Shown here piece after piece: positions 26,251-36,123 of a stretch of 43,716 nt of DNA. A program made the position numbers and the translations under genes. The stretch comes from Candidatus Woesearchaeota archaeon (GTDB lineage: Archaea; Nanobdellota; Nanobdellia; UBA10117; ARS21), in assembly GCA_038128845.1 (NCBI GenBank), contig JAYPKL010000004.1:1-43716 (forward strand). Direction: 5' to 3'. Every line of letters begins with the position of its first letter. The first letter of the stretch is position 1. The notes beneath the pieces were generated by a model, which saw only the letters and a list, made by a program, of their open reading frames with translations, made no database searches and was not told where the DNA came from.

Positions 26251-27654
26251 TTTTATTTCTCTTATTTCCCACTCTAACTCTGAAATTAGTTTTGCCTTAT
26301 GTAAATCAATTTCAATTCCATCTTTTCTTTTTTGAGAAAAACTAAGATTTAGATTTACCAATTCCAATTCCAATTCTTCTAATAAAGTTCTTAAATTGGA
26401 AAATTCATCGGTTTCAATAAATTCTTCTTCATCATATGATTCATTAAATTCATTATCATTTTGTGAATGAATAATTTTTCCATGAATTATACATGGTTTT
26501 TCAAAATCTTTACAAATACTTGAACCAAATGAAGTTATATCTTCTTTTGAAAAAATAGAACCTCCCGAATGTATAATTTCATTAATTTGGTTCGGTGAAA
26601 AACTTTCAAAAAACTTATAGTTTGATAAATATCCCGAATTAACTTTTATTCCCTCATATTTAACATCCGAATTAATTTCTAAATTTGAGTTTAAGTAATT
26701 ATTAATTGGACTAACTTGAAGTAAATTAAATTTTCTTTTAGAAATTGAAAATTCTGCATAAATTGGAAATCCAAAACGACTTTCTAGATCTTTTGATATT
26801 TTATAGATAAGTTCAGATTCTTTCTCACTTAAAATTGGAACATTTTTATATTGGTCTTCTAAATTTCTTTGTGCAGTTATTCCTGATTGTGGATCTTGCG
26901 TAAAGTAAGTATTGAATTCATTAGTATATGATTTAATTATTTCTGAAGATTTTACAAAATATATATTTTGAGGATCAGAATTTTTAATATTAAATCCCCA
27001 CTTAATTTGAATTATATTTTGATCTTTATCTCGATTAATTGGATTAATTGAGAAAACCTCCCCAGATTTAGATGAATTTACCATTTCTTGTATTATTATT
27101 GCAGGTTTTGGAAAAGGAATTCTTTTGCTAATATGATATAAAATTGAATATGGTGAATAAACTGAGGACCATACTTTTTTTATTGATGAATAAATATTTG
27201 AATTTCTCCTTATATTAATCAAACTAGTATATCTCTTATTTGAATTATTTTTTGTAGAAATTCTTACAGAAACTAAAGGATCATCTCTTCCTGCTTTAAT
27301 AAAATTAAATGCATCAGAATTTACATCTCCGTAACTTTCTTTATCAATTTTTAGTTTTTCATAATTTTCAGTAATTTCTTTTTGTAAATCTTCTGGCAAT
27401 TCGTAACGATCAAATAAATATCTAATTTTTTTACTTACATCTATAATAGAATTCATATCGTCTGAATGTAAGTTTGAAATTAATTCATTAATTTCATTGC
27501 CATTATCTATCATAAATCTTGAAAAATAATCATTTGAAATTGCAAATCCTTTTGGAACTGGAAATCCAAATTTAACTGCTTGGCTTAAAAAAACTGCTTT
27601 TTCTCCAAAAGAATTAGAATCTTCTCTGCTTAACTCAGATATAGATCTTATCAT
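26230..27654 (-). CDS. Degenerate PEP synthase/PPDK N-terminal domain protein
   Basis: G.K, GFPVP.GF, V.VR.S, IKKVWSS, IIQEMVNS.KSG..FS.NP, LLQ..PI; no C-terminal PEP-binding barrel. Confidence 0.8.
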   Translation of the reverse strand: MIRSISELSREDSNSFGEKAVFLSQAVKFGFPVPKGFAISNDYFSRFMIDNGNEINELISNLHSDDMNSIIDVSKKIRYLFDRYELPEDLQKEITENYEKLKIDKESYGDVNSDAFNFIKAGRDDPLVSVRISTKNNSNKRYTSLINIRRNSNIYSSIKKVWSSVYSPYSILYHISKRIPFPKPAIIIQEMVNSSKSGEVFSINPINRDKDQNIIQIKWGFNIKNSDPQNIYFVKSSEIIKSYTNEFNTYFTQDPQSGITAQRNLEDQYKNVPILSEKESELIYKISKDLESRFGFPIYAEFSISKRKFNLLQVSPINNYLNSNLEINSDVKYEGIKVNSGYLSNYKFFESFSPNQINEIIHSGGSIFSKEDITSFGSSICKDFEKPCIIHGKIIHSQNDNEFNESYDEEEFIETDEFSNLRTLLEELELELVNLNLSFSQKRKDGIEIDLHKAKLISELEWEIREIKSRINGK

Positions 27655-27687
27655 AAAACTAATTTAATAGATTAAATAAAAATATTA

Positions 27688-28323
27688 TTATTCAGAAGAA
27701 GCCATAGCAACTTCTTCAGATGGTTCAGATTGTTCTGTTGTAACTGCATCTTGAACATTAGATTCAATATCTTCTTTTGTTAAATTAGGATCATAAATTT
27801 TATTATCTTCTGCAATTGATTTACATGCAATTGGGAATTTTGAAGCGCCTTTACTGAATGCAGTTTTTGCATCTTGTATATTTTCTGTTGGAATGAATAA
27901 TTGCATAATTGCTTGACCTGCTTTAACTCTTGCAGATCTAGAAACAGATTTACCAAATGCTGCTCTCATACCCTGAGACATTCTATCTGCTCCTGCACCC
28001 ATAGCAATTGGATTTTCTCTAATAATTTGATGTGGAAAGACTCTAACTTTAAAACCAAAACCTGCTTTTCCTAAAACTTTATTCATATGTCTATTAATTG
28101 CGATTCTTCCTGCTTCAATAGCATTATGTCTTAAGTTAATATCTTTCTTTGCGTATAAAGTTACAGTAGTTGGGAAAAATTCATATCTTTTATTTCCTGA
28201 GTCAAAATGAATAATTTTATGATTAGGTGCAGCTCTAATGTATGATTTTTTTCTATATTTAGATGTACGTGTGAATGCTCTCTTTAATCTTCTATGACAC
28301 TTTGCTGGTCTTAACTTTGCCAT
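27688..28323 (-). CDS. rpl10e: 50S ribosomal protein uL16 (L10e)
   Basis: RHNAIEA.R, RVFPH.I.REN, GAGADRMSQGMR.AFGK, K.P; acidic tail. Confidence 0.96.
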   Translation of the reverse strand: MAKLRPAKCHRRLKRAFTRTSKYRKKSYIRAAPNHKIIHFDSGNKRYEFFPTTVTLYAKKDINLRHNAIEAGRIAINRHMNKVLGKAGFGFKVRVFPHQIIRENPIAMGAGADRMSQGMRAAFGKSVSRSARVKAGQAIMQLFIPTENIQDAKTAFSKGASKFPIACKSIAEDNKIYDPNLTKEDIESNVQDAVTTEQSEPSEEVAMASSE

Positions 28324-28347
28324 TAAATATTCTAATGAGTGTGCTTT

Positions 28348-28914
28348 TTAAATATTTCCCTCTTCATTGTTTTCTTCGATATTCGCAACATTATATTCGG
28401 AATATAATTCGAAATTAGGATAAAATTTAAAGTTAATTATAGAAGAATTAATCAATATATACGATCTAATTAGCTCCTCCTCTCCTTCAAATATTACGTC
28501 GTCACTAGATAAATAGATTTTTGAATCAACTATTTTTAATGGAAATCCGGATACTTTTACTAAGTTTGTTTCATCATCAAATTCAAAAGTATAATCCATA
28601 TTTACACTGTATTCAAAAATTGTAAAATCTTTGTAAAATTTTGGATATTCATTCATTCTTTCTTCAAATTCTAAAACAAAATTAGTTTCAAAATCATTTC
28701 CGGAATAAAATCTAGAGTCATAAGCTGCATAATTTGCTGAATCTTCAACAAAAGTTTGGTAATTTTGTGATATTTCAGTTAATTTTACCAATTCTTTTTG
28801 AGACTTTCCTATCTCAACTGTAAAATTTTGTGGTTCATAAGTTGATATTAAAATTAAACTGAGTACTCCTACTAAACCGATTGAATATAATAATATGATA
28901 ATTCCTTTTTTCAT
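28348..28914 (-). CDS. Pilin-like protein (class III signal peptide)
   Basis: MKKG|IIILLYSIGLVGVLSLILI; last gene of the pilin cluster. Confidence 0.65.
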   Translation of the reverse strand: MKKGIIILLYSIGLVGVLSLILISTYEPQNFTVEIGKSQKELVKLTEISQNYQTFVEDSANYAAYDSRFYSGNDFETNFVLEFEERMNEYPKFYKDFTIFEYSVNMDYTFEFDDETNLVKVSGFPLKIVDSKIYLSSDDVIFEGEEELIRSYILINSSIINFKFYPNFELYSEYNVANIEENNEEGNI

Positions 28915-29387
28915 TATTTATATAACTCCATGTGCAAAAATTTAACACAATCTTCTTCACATACTTTTTTTGATATTGCCAAAGAGCAAGAAATAACTTT
29001 TTCTTTATTTGATAAATCTCCGTGATTTATTGTAGTATATGAATCATCTAACTCGCAGTTTTCTTCAAATGATTCGCAATCTTCACTTATACTGAGTTTG
29101 AAATTTAAATTTAAATTTAACAAATGTTGGTCAATTTTATTTAGATTAGTTAAATCATCATCAGATTCTCCTAAATGTAACGAAGTTTTTTTATCAAATA
29201 TCTTATCTGATTTTAATATATTATTGAGATTATTATAACATTCAAATCCTGAATTAACTGCTATAACATCGGCATTTGATCTAACTTCTCCTTGCTGAGA
29301 AAAATAAATGCTTGATACAAAAATAAACATAATTATCATAACTCCAAAATAAATTTCAATCATACTGGCAACAGAACCTTTACGCAT
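28914..29387 (-). CDS. Pilin-like protein (class III signal peptide), Cys-rich
   Basis: MRKG|SVASMIEIYFGVMIIMFIFV. Confidence 0.7.
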   Translation of the reverse strand: MRKGSVASMIEIYFGVMIIMFIFVSSIYFSQQGEVRSNADVIAVNSGFECYNNLNNILKSDKIFDKKTSLHLGESDDDLTNLNKIDQHLLNLNLNFKLSISEDCESFEENCELDDSYTTINHGDLSNKEKVISCSLAISKKVCEEDCVKFLHMELYK

Positions 29388-29796
29388 TGTAACAAACCTC
29401 TGCAATTAATTCTCTACTACCTCTCAAATATAGAACCATATCAGGAAAATCACATTCTAAAAGACCTTCTGAATAAACCAAGTTATAATTTAAATCAAAA
29501 AAACTTAAACTATATTTTTCTTCATCAAATCCGCTTAGACAATTATTATCTAGATTTTTAAAATCACTTTTATAACCAAAATCGGCTACAGGAAAATCTT
29601 GAATAGTTTTAACATCAGTATAACAATAACTAGTAATTCTTTTTCCTATAATTGTTAAATCCATTTCATCCAATTCATAATTTGCATCAACTTTCAAATT
29701 TACCAAATAACTCTCTACGGAGAAAATTCCAACCATCAAAATTATAACTGCAAAAATTACATAAATAATGGTTTGAAGTTGCATGAATCCTTTCAT
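29380..29796 (-). CDS. Pilin-like protein (class III signal peptide)
   Basis: MKG|FMQLQTIIYVIFAVIILMV. Confidence 0.7.
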   Translation of the reverse strand: MKGFMQLQTIIYVIFAVIILMVGIFSVESYLVNLKVDANYELDEMDLTIIGKRITSYCYTDVKTIQDFPVADFGYKSDFKNLDNNCLSGFDEEKYSLSFFDLNYNLVYSEGLLECDFPDMVLYLRGSRELIAEVCYNA

Positions 29797-32162
29797 AATA
29801 ATTTATTAATCTCCGTTATTAATATACCATTATGTTCTTTTTTACTTATTTCTATTACAAGAGGATTTTCAATATAATAATTATTATCTGAGTCTATCAT
29901 ACCCGCAGATTTAGATATATATGGGAAAAATGATTTAGAATCAACAGGATTAGTCAAAAATGCCGTGGTTAAACCAATTGCAGCCGGACCTGCAAATGCT
30001 GCTAAAACTCCTCCTGAAAAGTAAGCGCTAAATGAGCCCGAAATTTGTGGATCTGCCCAAGATCCTAAATATAGAATTCCCCATCCGAAAGTACAACCTG
30101 GTCCGAATGATGCTTTAATTGCAGTAACTGATCCGCAAGCTACAAAAGGTATTGTTGCAACCATTTCTCTTGGATTAATAATAGTATCTTGTAATACTTT
30201 CGGAGTTGCATCTTTAGATAATAAATTATTATGTGAATCAACACAATTGTTGTCTGAATTAATTATATTTGGATATTCTTTTGATTTTAAAATTGGTGAA
30301 CTGGATGGCATTGCAAATATGCCTTCTGCTATGTCTCCAAAAATTTTTATTTCTCCTATAAAACTATTGTCAAAATCAGGATAATTCAGTACCGATTCAG
30401 ATTCGCAATTTGGTTTTGATACATAGTAAGTTTTATTTTCCGATTTACAAGAAATTGTTGAAAATGAATTTTCAACAGCTTCTGTAGCTTTTTGAGACTT
30501 ATTAATAAAATAAACTATTGGAAGATATGTTAAACCGTACTCTAAAGCATAACTTATCCAAGACATACCTTTAACTGATAATATACAAACCGGTGCAAAT
30601 ATCGCTAACCCGCTACAAGCCGGTTCTGCAACCTCTGTTGTTGCTTTAACCGCCAATGATCTAACTGCGGACTTTCCGATTCGTTCTGATGTTTGTTTTG
30701 CTGCACTGTTATATAATTTATTTAAACCTGTTACTTTACCCATAAATTTTATTCTTTTTTTAGCTCGTTCTGCAGATTCAATTGCTGCTGTTTTAACAAA
30801 ACTAGCACCTTTTTTGAATGGTGACGTTATATAATTTAAACTAGATCCGGTACGTTTCAAAAATCCTTTTTTTGCAATTTGTTTTTCGGCAAGTAAAGGT
30901 GCTTTTTCTAATGCCTTGCTTAGTTTATACGCTCTATATTTTTTAACTCCAGGTATTTTGGATTTCAAATCATTTCTACCCGATCTTTCAATTGCATCCA
31001 GTGTAGAATCATCAAGACTTGCATATAACTTGTCTAATTCATCAAAAAAATTTGGACTTATATCTGGATTAATTTTATCAAAAGCCTGTCTATAATTATC
31101 ATGTGCATCTGCTAATGCTTTTTCAACAACATCGTCTCCTAATGATTTTGCTTCATTTAATTCTGCAATAGCGCTTCCAGCTTTATTATTGGCATTTGAT
31201 ATTTGAAAATCTCTTTCTTGAATAATATCGTTTCGAATTTTAGTACGTTCATCTGATAAAAATTCTTCTGAGGGAGTTCTAGTGATTTGTGTATTTCCTG
31301 TTTTACTCTTTTTATTTTTATATCCTCCTGGCGGATTCTTACTTGGATTTATTCTTTCATCAAAATAAAAATCAAATCGATCTTTATATTTTCCAGTTAT
31401 TTCTCCTGTATCTATATCAATCTTTCCAATAAGTTCTTCATCAGATAATTCGGCTAAGGCTTTAGATTCATCACTCCATTGTCTTGTTGCAGAACTTATT
31501 TCTTCTTGTTTAGTTAGCTCTATATCTGTTGCTTGCTGAATATATTGTTCATCAACATATTCTCCGTATAATTTTGCAGAATTTAAGTCGTCCTCTAATT
31601 TTTGCTCAAGAATTGCTTTATTTACTTCATCTAAATTATAACCTGCTTCTTCAAATTGTTTTCTTAGAATCTTTTCTCTATATTGATCTTCTCTCCAATT
31701 TTGGAGTTCTCTAGTCGTAAGATCTTGACCTGCATCAGATGCAATTCTTGCTAATTTTGCAGTACTAGTTCGATCTTTATTGTATTGATATAAACTATAA
31801 TAAAGCAATCCTTCCTCGATAGGAATATTATCCCATGCTGCGTTTAGAATTAAATTTGACATATAATCTTGAGGATATTTACTCAGAGTATATTCACATT
31901 CTACTGGGTTAAAAAGAACCGTACCATAACCAGGGTTGCCTAAAAAATCTGTAGGAATTTCATGATATACGGATATAGGTACTGATGACGAGTCAACGAA
32001 ATCTGTTGTAATTGCAAGAGTTTTTGCAGCAATAGTTGGATCTCCTAAAACCGAAGTTTCTACAGCATCATAAAAAACATTAACTGAAGCAATAGTAGTT
32101 AGTGAAGCAATTAAAACTATTCCAATTTGAAGAATTAAATCTCCGGATATACCTTTCTTCAT
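29793..32162 (-). CDS. Giant pilin-like protein (~789 aa) with helical region and hydrophobic hairpins
   Basis: MKKG|ISGDLILQIGIVLIASL; ATGA overlaps with both neighbours. Confidence 0.7.
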   Translation of the reverse strand: MKKGISGDLILQIGIVLIASLTTIASVNVFYDAVETSVLGDPTIAAKTLAITTDFVDSSSVPISVYHEIPTDFLGNPGYGTVLFNPVECEYTLSKYPQDYMSNLILNAAWDNIPIEEGLLYYSLYQYNKDRTSTAKLARIASDAGQDLTTRELQNWREDQYREKILRKQFEEAGYNLDEVNKAILEQKLEDDLNSAKLYGEYVDEQYIQQATDIELTKQEEISSATRQWSDESKALAELSDEELIGKIDIDTGEITGKYKDRFDFYFDERINPSKNPPGGYKNKKSKTGNTQITRTPSEEFLSDERTKIRNDIIQERDFQISNANNKAGSAIAELNEAKSLGDDVVEKALADAHDNYRQAFDKINPDISPNFFDELDKLYASLDDSTLDAIERSGRNDLKSKIPGVKKYRAYKLSKALEKAPLLAEKQIAKKGFLKRTGSSLNYITSPFKKGASFVKTAAIESAERAKKRIKFMGKVTGLNKLYNSAAKQTSERIGKSAVRSLAVKATTEVAEPACSGLAIFAPVCILSVKGMSWISYALEYGLTYLPIVYFINKSQKATEAVENSFSTISCKSENKTYYVSKPNCESESVLNYPDFDNSFIGEIKIFGDIAEGIFAMPSSSPILKSKEYPNIINSDNNCVDSHNNLLSKDATPKVLQDTIINPREMVATIPFVACGSVTAIKASFGPGCTFGWGILYLGSWADPQISGSFSAYFSGGVLAAFAGPAAIGLTTAFLTNPVDSKSFFPYISKSAGMIDSDNNYYIENPLVIEISKKEHNGILITEINKLL

Positions 32163-32644
32163 CCAAATATTGCCTCTCCTATTGAACATCCGCTTGCAAT
32201 CCCGTATTGATAAGGCATTTTAGATAGAATAATTGTTCCTCCGTCATTACACACACATGCCCTTGTATCAATTTTTCTTGTAAAATCTATATTTAGAGGA
32301 AATTCATTATTTATAGAATTGAAAAAATCATTATCACTTATTCGTACTGATTTCTTCATTGAAACTGAAGTTACTGGATCAGATTTACCTTCTTCAATTA
32401 AAGATAATTTACCAGAAATATGCTCCATTCTGAATCCTTCTTTTATTAAAAAATTAAAATCTGCACACTTATCTTTGCTCAATGAATCCGAAAATGCTGC
32501 AAGGTCTCTTATTGTAAAAATTGATTCATCATCGTTTTCAATTAAACCGCCAAATAAATTTGATAATAAAAATCCGCCTATCAATACTACCATTCCTGCT
32601 ATAACCAACTCAATAATAGAATATGCAGTAATACTTCCTTTCAT
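32159..32644 (-). CDS. Pilin-like protein (class III signal peptide)
   Basis: MKG|SITAYSIIELVIAGMVVLIGG; 4 Cys. Confidence 0.72.
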   Translation of the reverse strand: MKGSITAYSIIELVIAGMVVLIGGFLLSNLFGGLIENDDESIFTIRDLAAFSDSLSKDKCADFNFLIKEGFRMEHISGKLSLIEEGKSDPVTSVSMKKSVRISDNDFFNSINNEFPLNIDFTRKIDTRACVCNDGGTIILSKMPYQYGIASGCSIGEAIFG

Positions 32645-32811
32645 TATAACAAACTTTGATCAATTAAAGCAGTAACTGGTTCTTCAATTTCATTAAACGA
32701 ACCAGATAAAGCAGTCCATTTAGAAGTTATAAATATAAGAACTAAAACTAATATAGAAACTGCGATTATCATTACAATTATTGTTTCGATTGATAAAGCA
32801 CCTCTCCTCAT
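32644..32811 (-). CDS. 55-aa mini-pilin (not in ORF track)
   Basis: MRRG|ALSIETIIVMIIAVSILVLVLIFITSKWTALSGSFNEIEEPVTALIDQSLL*; E at +5; TAATG overlap with next gene. Confidence 0.82.
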   Translation of the reverse strand: MRRGALSIETIIVMIIAVSILVLVLIFITSKWTALSGSFNEIEEPVTALIDQSLL

Positions 32812-32851
32812 AGTGAATTAAATAATTATATTATAAAAAGTTAATTTAGGA

Positions 32852-34234
32852 TTATAAAATACTGGAACTTTCGCAAATATTTGTTAATGCCTCAAATACG
32901 CCTGAATCTAATGTTTGTCTATCTACTGAACTTATTGTTGAAAAAATAGGGCATGATCCTCCAGTTGAATCTCTTGATAGTCTTGATCCCGCATTATTTA
33001 ATTCGTCAGATATAGAAATATGTTTTTTATTTCCGCAAGAATACATAGGTATTAATCCAGAAGAAACTGAAGATAAACCGTCACAATAATTTATTTGAAA
33101 TGCAGAACTAGGGTTTATTGGTTCATCATTAAATAAAACTAATTTATTTTCCATATCTGGATCATTTAATCTAAATATATCAGAAAAAGACAAATAATCA
33201 TTATACATTTTAACATCAGAAACGCGTTTTATATCTTCAGAATATATTCTTTCATCAAAATTATTTTCCAGTTGTAAAGTTAATTCAAATCGATCATAAT
33301 TATCACAATTTTGATTAATTAGTGAATTACAATAATTTGTAAAAATAATATCATTTTTTTCTTCTTTGACTTTAATTAATTTTTCATTTGAATTATGAAT
33401 TGATTGAAAATTTGATTTTATCTCGGAAACATCACAATCTGAAATTGAATTATTTATTATAGAATTCAATAAGCCATAATTATTATTATTAGTTAAATCA
33501 TTATACATTTTTTCATATAATTCTGAATCAAAAATAACACTACTTTCGGTTACTTGTAATAAATTTTGATTTTCAAACTCTGCGTCTATATTTGAACAAC
33601 TCTTCAATTTATCTATATTTAAATTTCTTGAAGATTGAATTATTGAATTATATATTGAACTTATTTGTGCACTTACAAATGAATCTCTTTGAAGAGCTTT
33701 ACAATTTGAATTTGAATTTTCAGAATCACAGTTAAAATAATTTTCTAATCTGATTCGAATAATTTCATTAGGATCTTTATTTTCAACAGAACCTATCGAT
33801 ACTGTAAAACAAGCCCAATTATATCCATTAATAAATCCTTCTGAATTCATTTTCCAACATTTTCTTGATAGATCTAAAATTTCATCAACAATACAATTTT
33901 TTTGTTGATCATAGGGATTTATATTTATAACATTTTGATCACAATCTAATTTATTTGGATCAATAATTATTTTTTGTGTTGGACATGATTTTAAAAATTC
34001 AAAGGGATTTATTTGTTGAGGTAATAAGTTTATAATATCATCTTGTATACCTTGGTCTTTTGTTTCTAAAGAAACGGCATTTATTTTTGCAGTACATAAT
34101 TTTTCATTAACTTCACTAACTTCAACAGAGTCCGTAAATTGATTATAAACACCTATAGAAACTATTAAACCTAATATTGACAACAAAATTCCTACAATAA
34201 AATAAGTAGATTGTCCTTTTATATTAAATACCAT
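32852..34234 (-). CDS. Large Cys-rich pilin-like protein
   Basis: IKG|QSTYFIVGILLSILGLIV; many Cys including NCIVDEILDLSRKCW. Confidence 0.72.
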   Translation of the reverse strand: MVFNIKGQSTYFIVGILLSILGLIVSIGVYNQFTDSVEVSEVNEKLCTAKINAVSLETKDQGIQDDIINLLPQQINPFEFLKSCPTQKIIIDPNKLDCDQNVININPYDQQKNCIVDEILDLSRKCWKMNSEGFINGYNWACFTVSIGSVENKDPNEIIRIRLENYFNCDSENSNSNCKALQRDSFVSAQISSIYNSIIQSSRNLNIDKLKSCSNIDAEFENQNLLQVTESSVIFDSELYEKMYNDLTNNNNYGLLNSIINNSISDCDVSEIKSNFQSIHNSNEKLIKVKEEKNDIIFTNYCNSLINQNCDNYDRFELTLQLENNFDERIYSEDIKRVSDVKMYNDYLSFSDIFRLNDPDMENKLVLFNDEPINPSSAFQINYCDGLSSVSSGLIPMYSCGNKKHISISDELNNAGSRLSRDSTGGSCPIFSTISSVDRQTLDSGVFEALTNICESSSIL

Positions 34235-34788
34235 ATTAATGTCATTATTAAACCTCCTAAAATAAATAATATTAAATAAAAAATTCTAGAAAGTCCAAGA
34301 TAGTTGCTATAATTTTTAATAATAGAATATGAAAATACTATAATTATTAAATAAAATAGAATGAATCCTATATAAATTAAAAAATTAAAGCCGCTGCTGA
34401 GTAATAAAAATGAAAACAAAAATAGATTAAAATAAAATATATATGGATAAATTAATGAATAAAACATTTTAATATCTGAATTTGAACCGAATAATTTTGA
34501 AAAAATTACCAAAATAAACGATAAAAAATTTATAAAAATAAAATAAAAAATAAATACTGAAATTAAAAATAAAAAATAAGAACTAAAAATTGTTAAAGAA
34601 TTTATATTTGTATTGATCAAGGAACCTATTTCTTGTGAATAATTAGAATTAATTATTCTTGATGAATTTAATGAATAAATTATTAATAAAAACGAAAATA
34701 AAAATAAATTTTGTATTAGGTATGTAAAATTATTATTATAATAATTTGATAGTCCTAAAGAATATTTTATATTTCCAATAAAGCTCAT
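34219..34788 (-). CDS. Multi-pass membrane protein, Yip1-like
   Basis: About 5 TM segments; FSKLFGSNSD resembles the Yip1 KLFGG loop. Confidence 0.55.
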   Translation of the reverse strand: MSFIGNIKYSLGLSNYYNNNFTYLIQNLFLFSFLLIIYSLNSSRIINSNYSQEIGSLINTNINSLTIFSSYFLFLISVFIFYFIFINFLSFILVIFSKLFGSNSDIKMFYSLIYPYIFYFNLFLFSFLLLSSGFNFLIYIGFILFYLIIIVFSYSIIKNYSNYLGLSRIFYLILFILGGLIMTLIWYLI

Positions 34789-34814
34789 ATTAATAATTAA
34801 ATTATTTATATATA

Positions 34815-34973
34815 TTAATTTCCTAAATTATCGGTACTTGATTTTAATAAATCAGTTGCAATATTTGTAACAGATCCGTCTGATCCTATTTTTGAAATCA
34901 TAAAAACAATTAATAAAACTGCAACAGTTATTCCAATAATGAATAAAATTATTTGATTTATTCCTAATTCCAT
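34815..34973 (-). CDS. 52-aa mini-pilin without leader peptide (not in ORF track)
   Basis: MELGINQIILFIIGITVAVLLIVFMISKIGSDGSVTNIATDLLKSSTDNLGN*; TAATG-coupled to upstream gene. Confidence 0.72.
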   Translation of the reverse strand: MELGINQIILFIIGITVAVLLIVFMISKIGSDGSVTNIATDLLKSSTDNLGN

Positions 34974-35116
34974 TATATTTTAACTGCGGAGCCTAATTCT
35001 TTAGCTATATTCATCATATCTCCTCTGGTGTTTGCAATAAATATTACCATCAAAACTAAAAATGTTATTGCAATTAAAAAAGCTATTACTTGCCAATTAA
35101 GTTGTCCTTTTAACAT
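34973..35116 (-). CDS. 47-aa mini-pilin (not in ORF track)
   Basis: MLKG|QLNWQVIAFLIAITFLVLMVIFIANTRGDMMNIAKELGSAVKI*. Confidence 0.8.
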   Translation of the reverse strand: MLKGQLNWQVIAFLIAITFLVLMVIFIANTRGDMMNIAKELGSAVKI

Positions 35117-36123
35117 TGTCCCCTCCTCTCATAATAAATATAATTTTCTGATAGTTTGGCATTACCAAATTCAAATTCTCCTAAGATTGCACCTGCGGCA
35201 TATAATGGTTGATTTCCTTTTAAAACCGAGATCGTTTTTACTCCTGCTTCCAAAAGATTTATATCTGTTGATTCAACAAATCCTAAAATTATTTGATCTC
35301 CGGAATTATAATTTATATTTGGATCAAATAAAATATTATCATAAGGTCCCAATTCGTTTACTGATGAATAAAGATTTATCATTTCAGATAAACTATTTGA
35401 ATTTAATTCTAGATCAACTATATTAACTAGATAAAAATCTTTATCTTGAATACCTACTGCTTTTTCGTAACTTATTTTTATTAATTCGCCTTCATTTTTT
35501 GGAGTTATCTTAATTCCTATTTCTTCCGGATCATATAAATTTCCAATATCTTGAAATTTCAATGTGTATTGGTTTACGGGTGTATCTGAAATTTTAACAT
35601 CTAACTCATTTGTGTTTGGTACATAAATTTCACCAACAGGTTTATCTAACTTATATGATCTGAATCCATTTGATAGACAAATTCTATTACATTCGCCGCT
35701 GAATTTTGCATTTCCTTTAAGATATGTATTCCAGCAAGAATTTGATCTGTCAATTAATGCATAACTTAAGCATAAATTTCCAAAATTTTGATCATTTTTG
35801 GCCAACTCATAATTTCCTTGATAATATTCAATTAGTCCTTTACACATATCGAACATTCGATTAGTATTTGTAATGTCCGGAGGTCTCAATGTTTCAGAAA
35901 CTACTTTACAATTGCTATTTCCAATATCTAGAGCTTGTTCAACAATATCATCTCCGGTATACATATTTTGAAATGCATTTCTTAATGTACATGCACTATT
36001 ACCTTGATTGTTTAATATTCCGTAAGATATTTCAGAATAAACTAATATTGAAACGAATCCCGCTATAAGTATTAATAAAATACTTACAATATAAAACTGA
36101 ACTGCACCTCTATTTGAGAGCAT
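35110..36123 (-). CDS. Large Cys-rich pilin-like protein
   Basis: MLSNRG|AVQFYIVSILLILIAGFV; LCLSYALIDRSNSCW motif paralogous to 32852..34234. Confidence 0.72.
   Translation of the reverse strand: MLSNRGAVQFYIVSILLILIAGFVSILVYSEISYGILNNQGNSACTLRNAFQNMYTGDDIVEQALDIGNSNCKVVSETLRPPDITNTNRMFDMCKGLIEYYQGNYELAKNDQNFGNLCLSYALIDRSNSCWNTYLKGNAKFSGECNRICLSNGFRSYKLDKPVGEIYVPNTNELDVKISDTPVNQYTLKFQDIGNLYDPEEIGIKITPKNEGELIKISYEKAVGIQDKDFYLVNIVDLELNSNSLSEMINLYSSVNELGPYDNILFDPNINYNSGDQIILGFVESTDINLLEAGVKTISVLKGNQPLYAAGAILGEFEFGNAKLSENYIYYERRGQC

Noticed and set aside
32163-32189. Longer start MFNRRG giving a second class III cleavage site for the giant pilin
   Set aside because: Lies inside the upstream gene; the ATGA overlap at 32159-32162 favours the MKKG start
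34219-34788. Possible prepilin peptidase
   Set aside because: No GxGD motif or catalytic Asp pair
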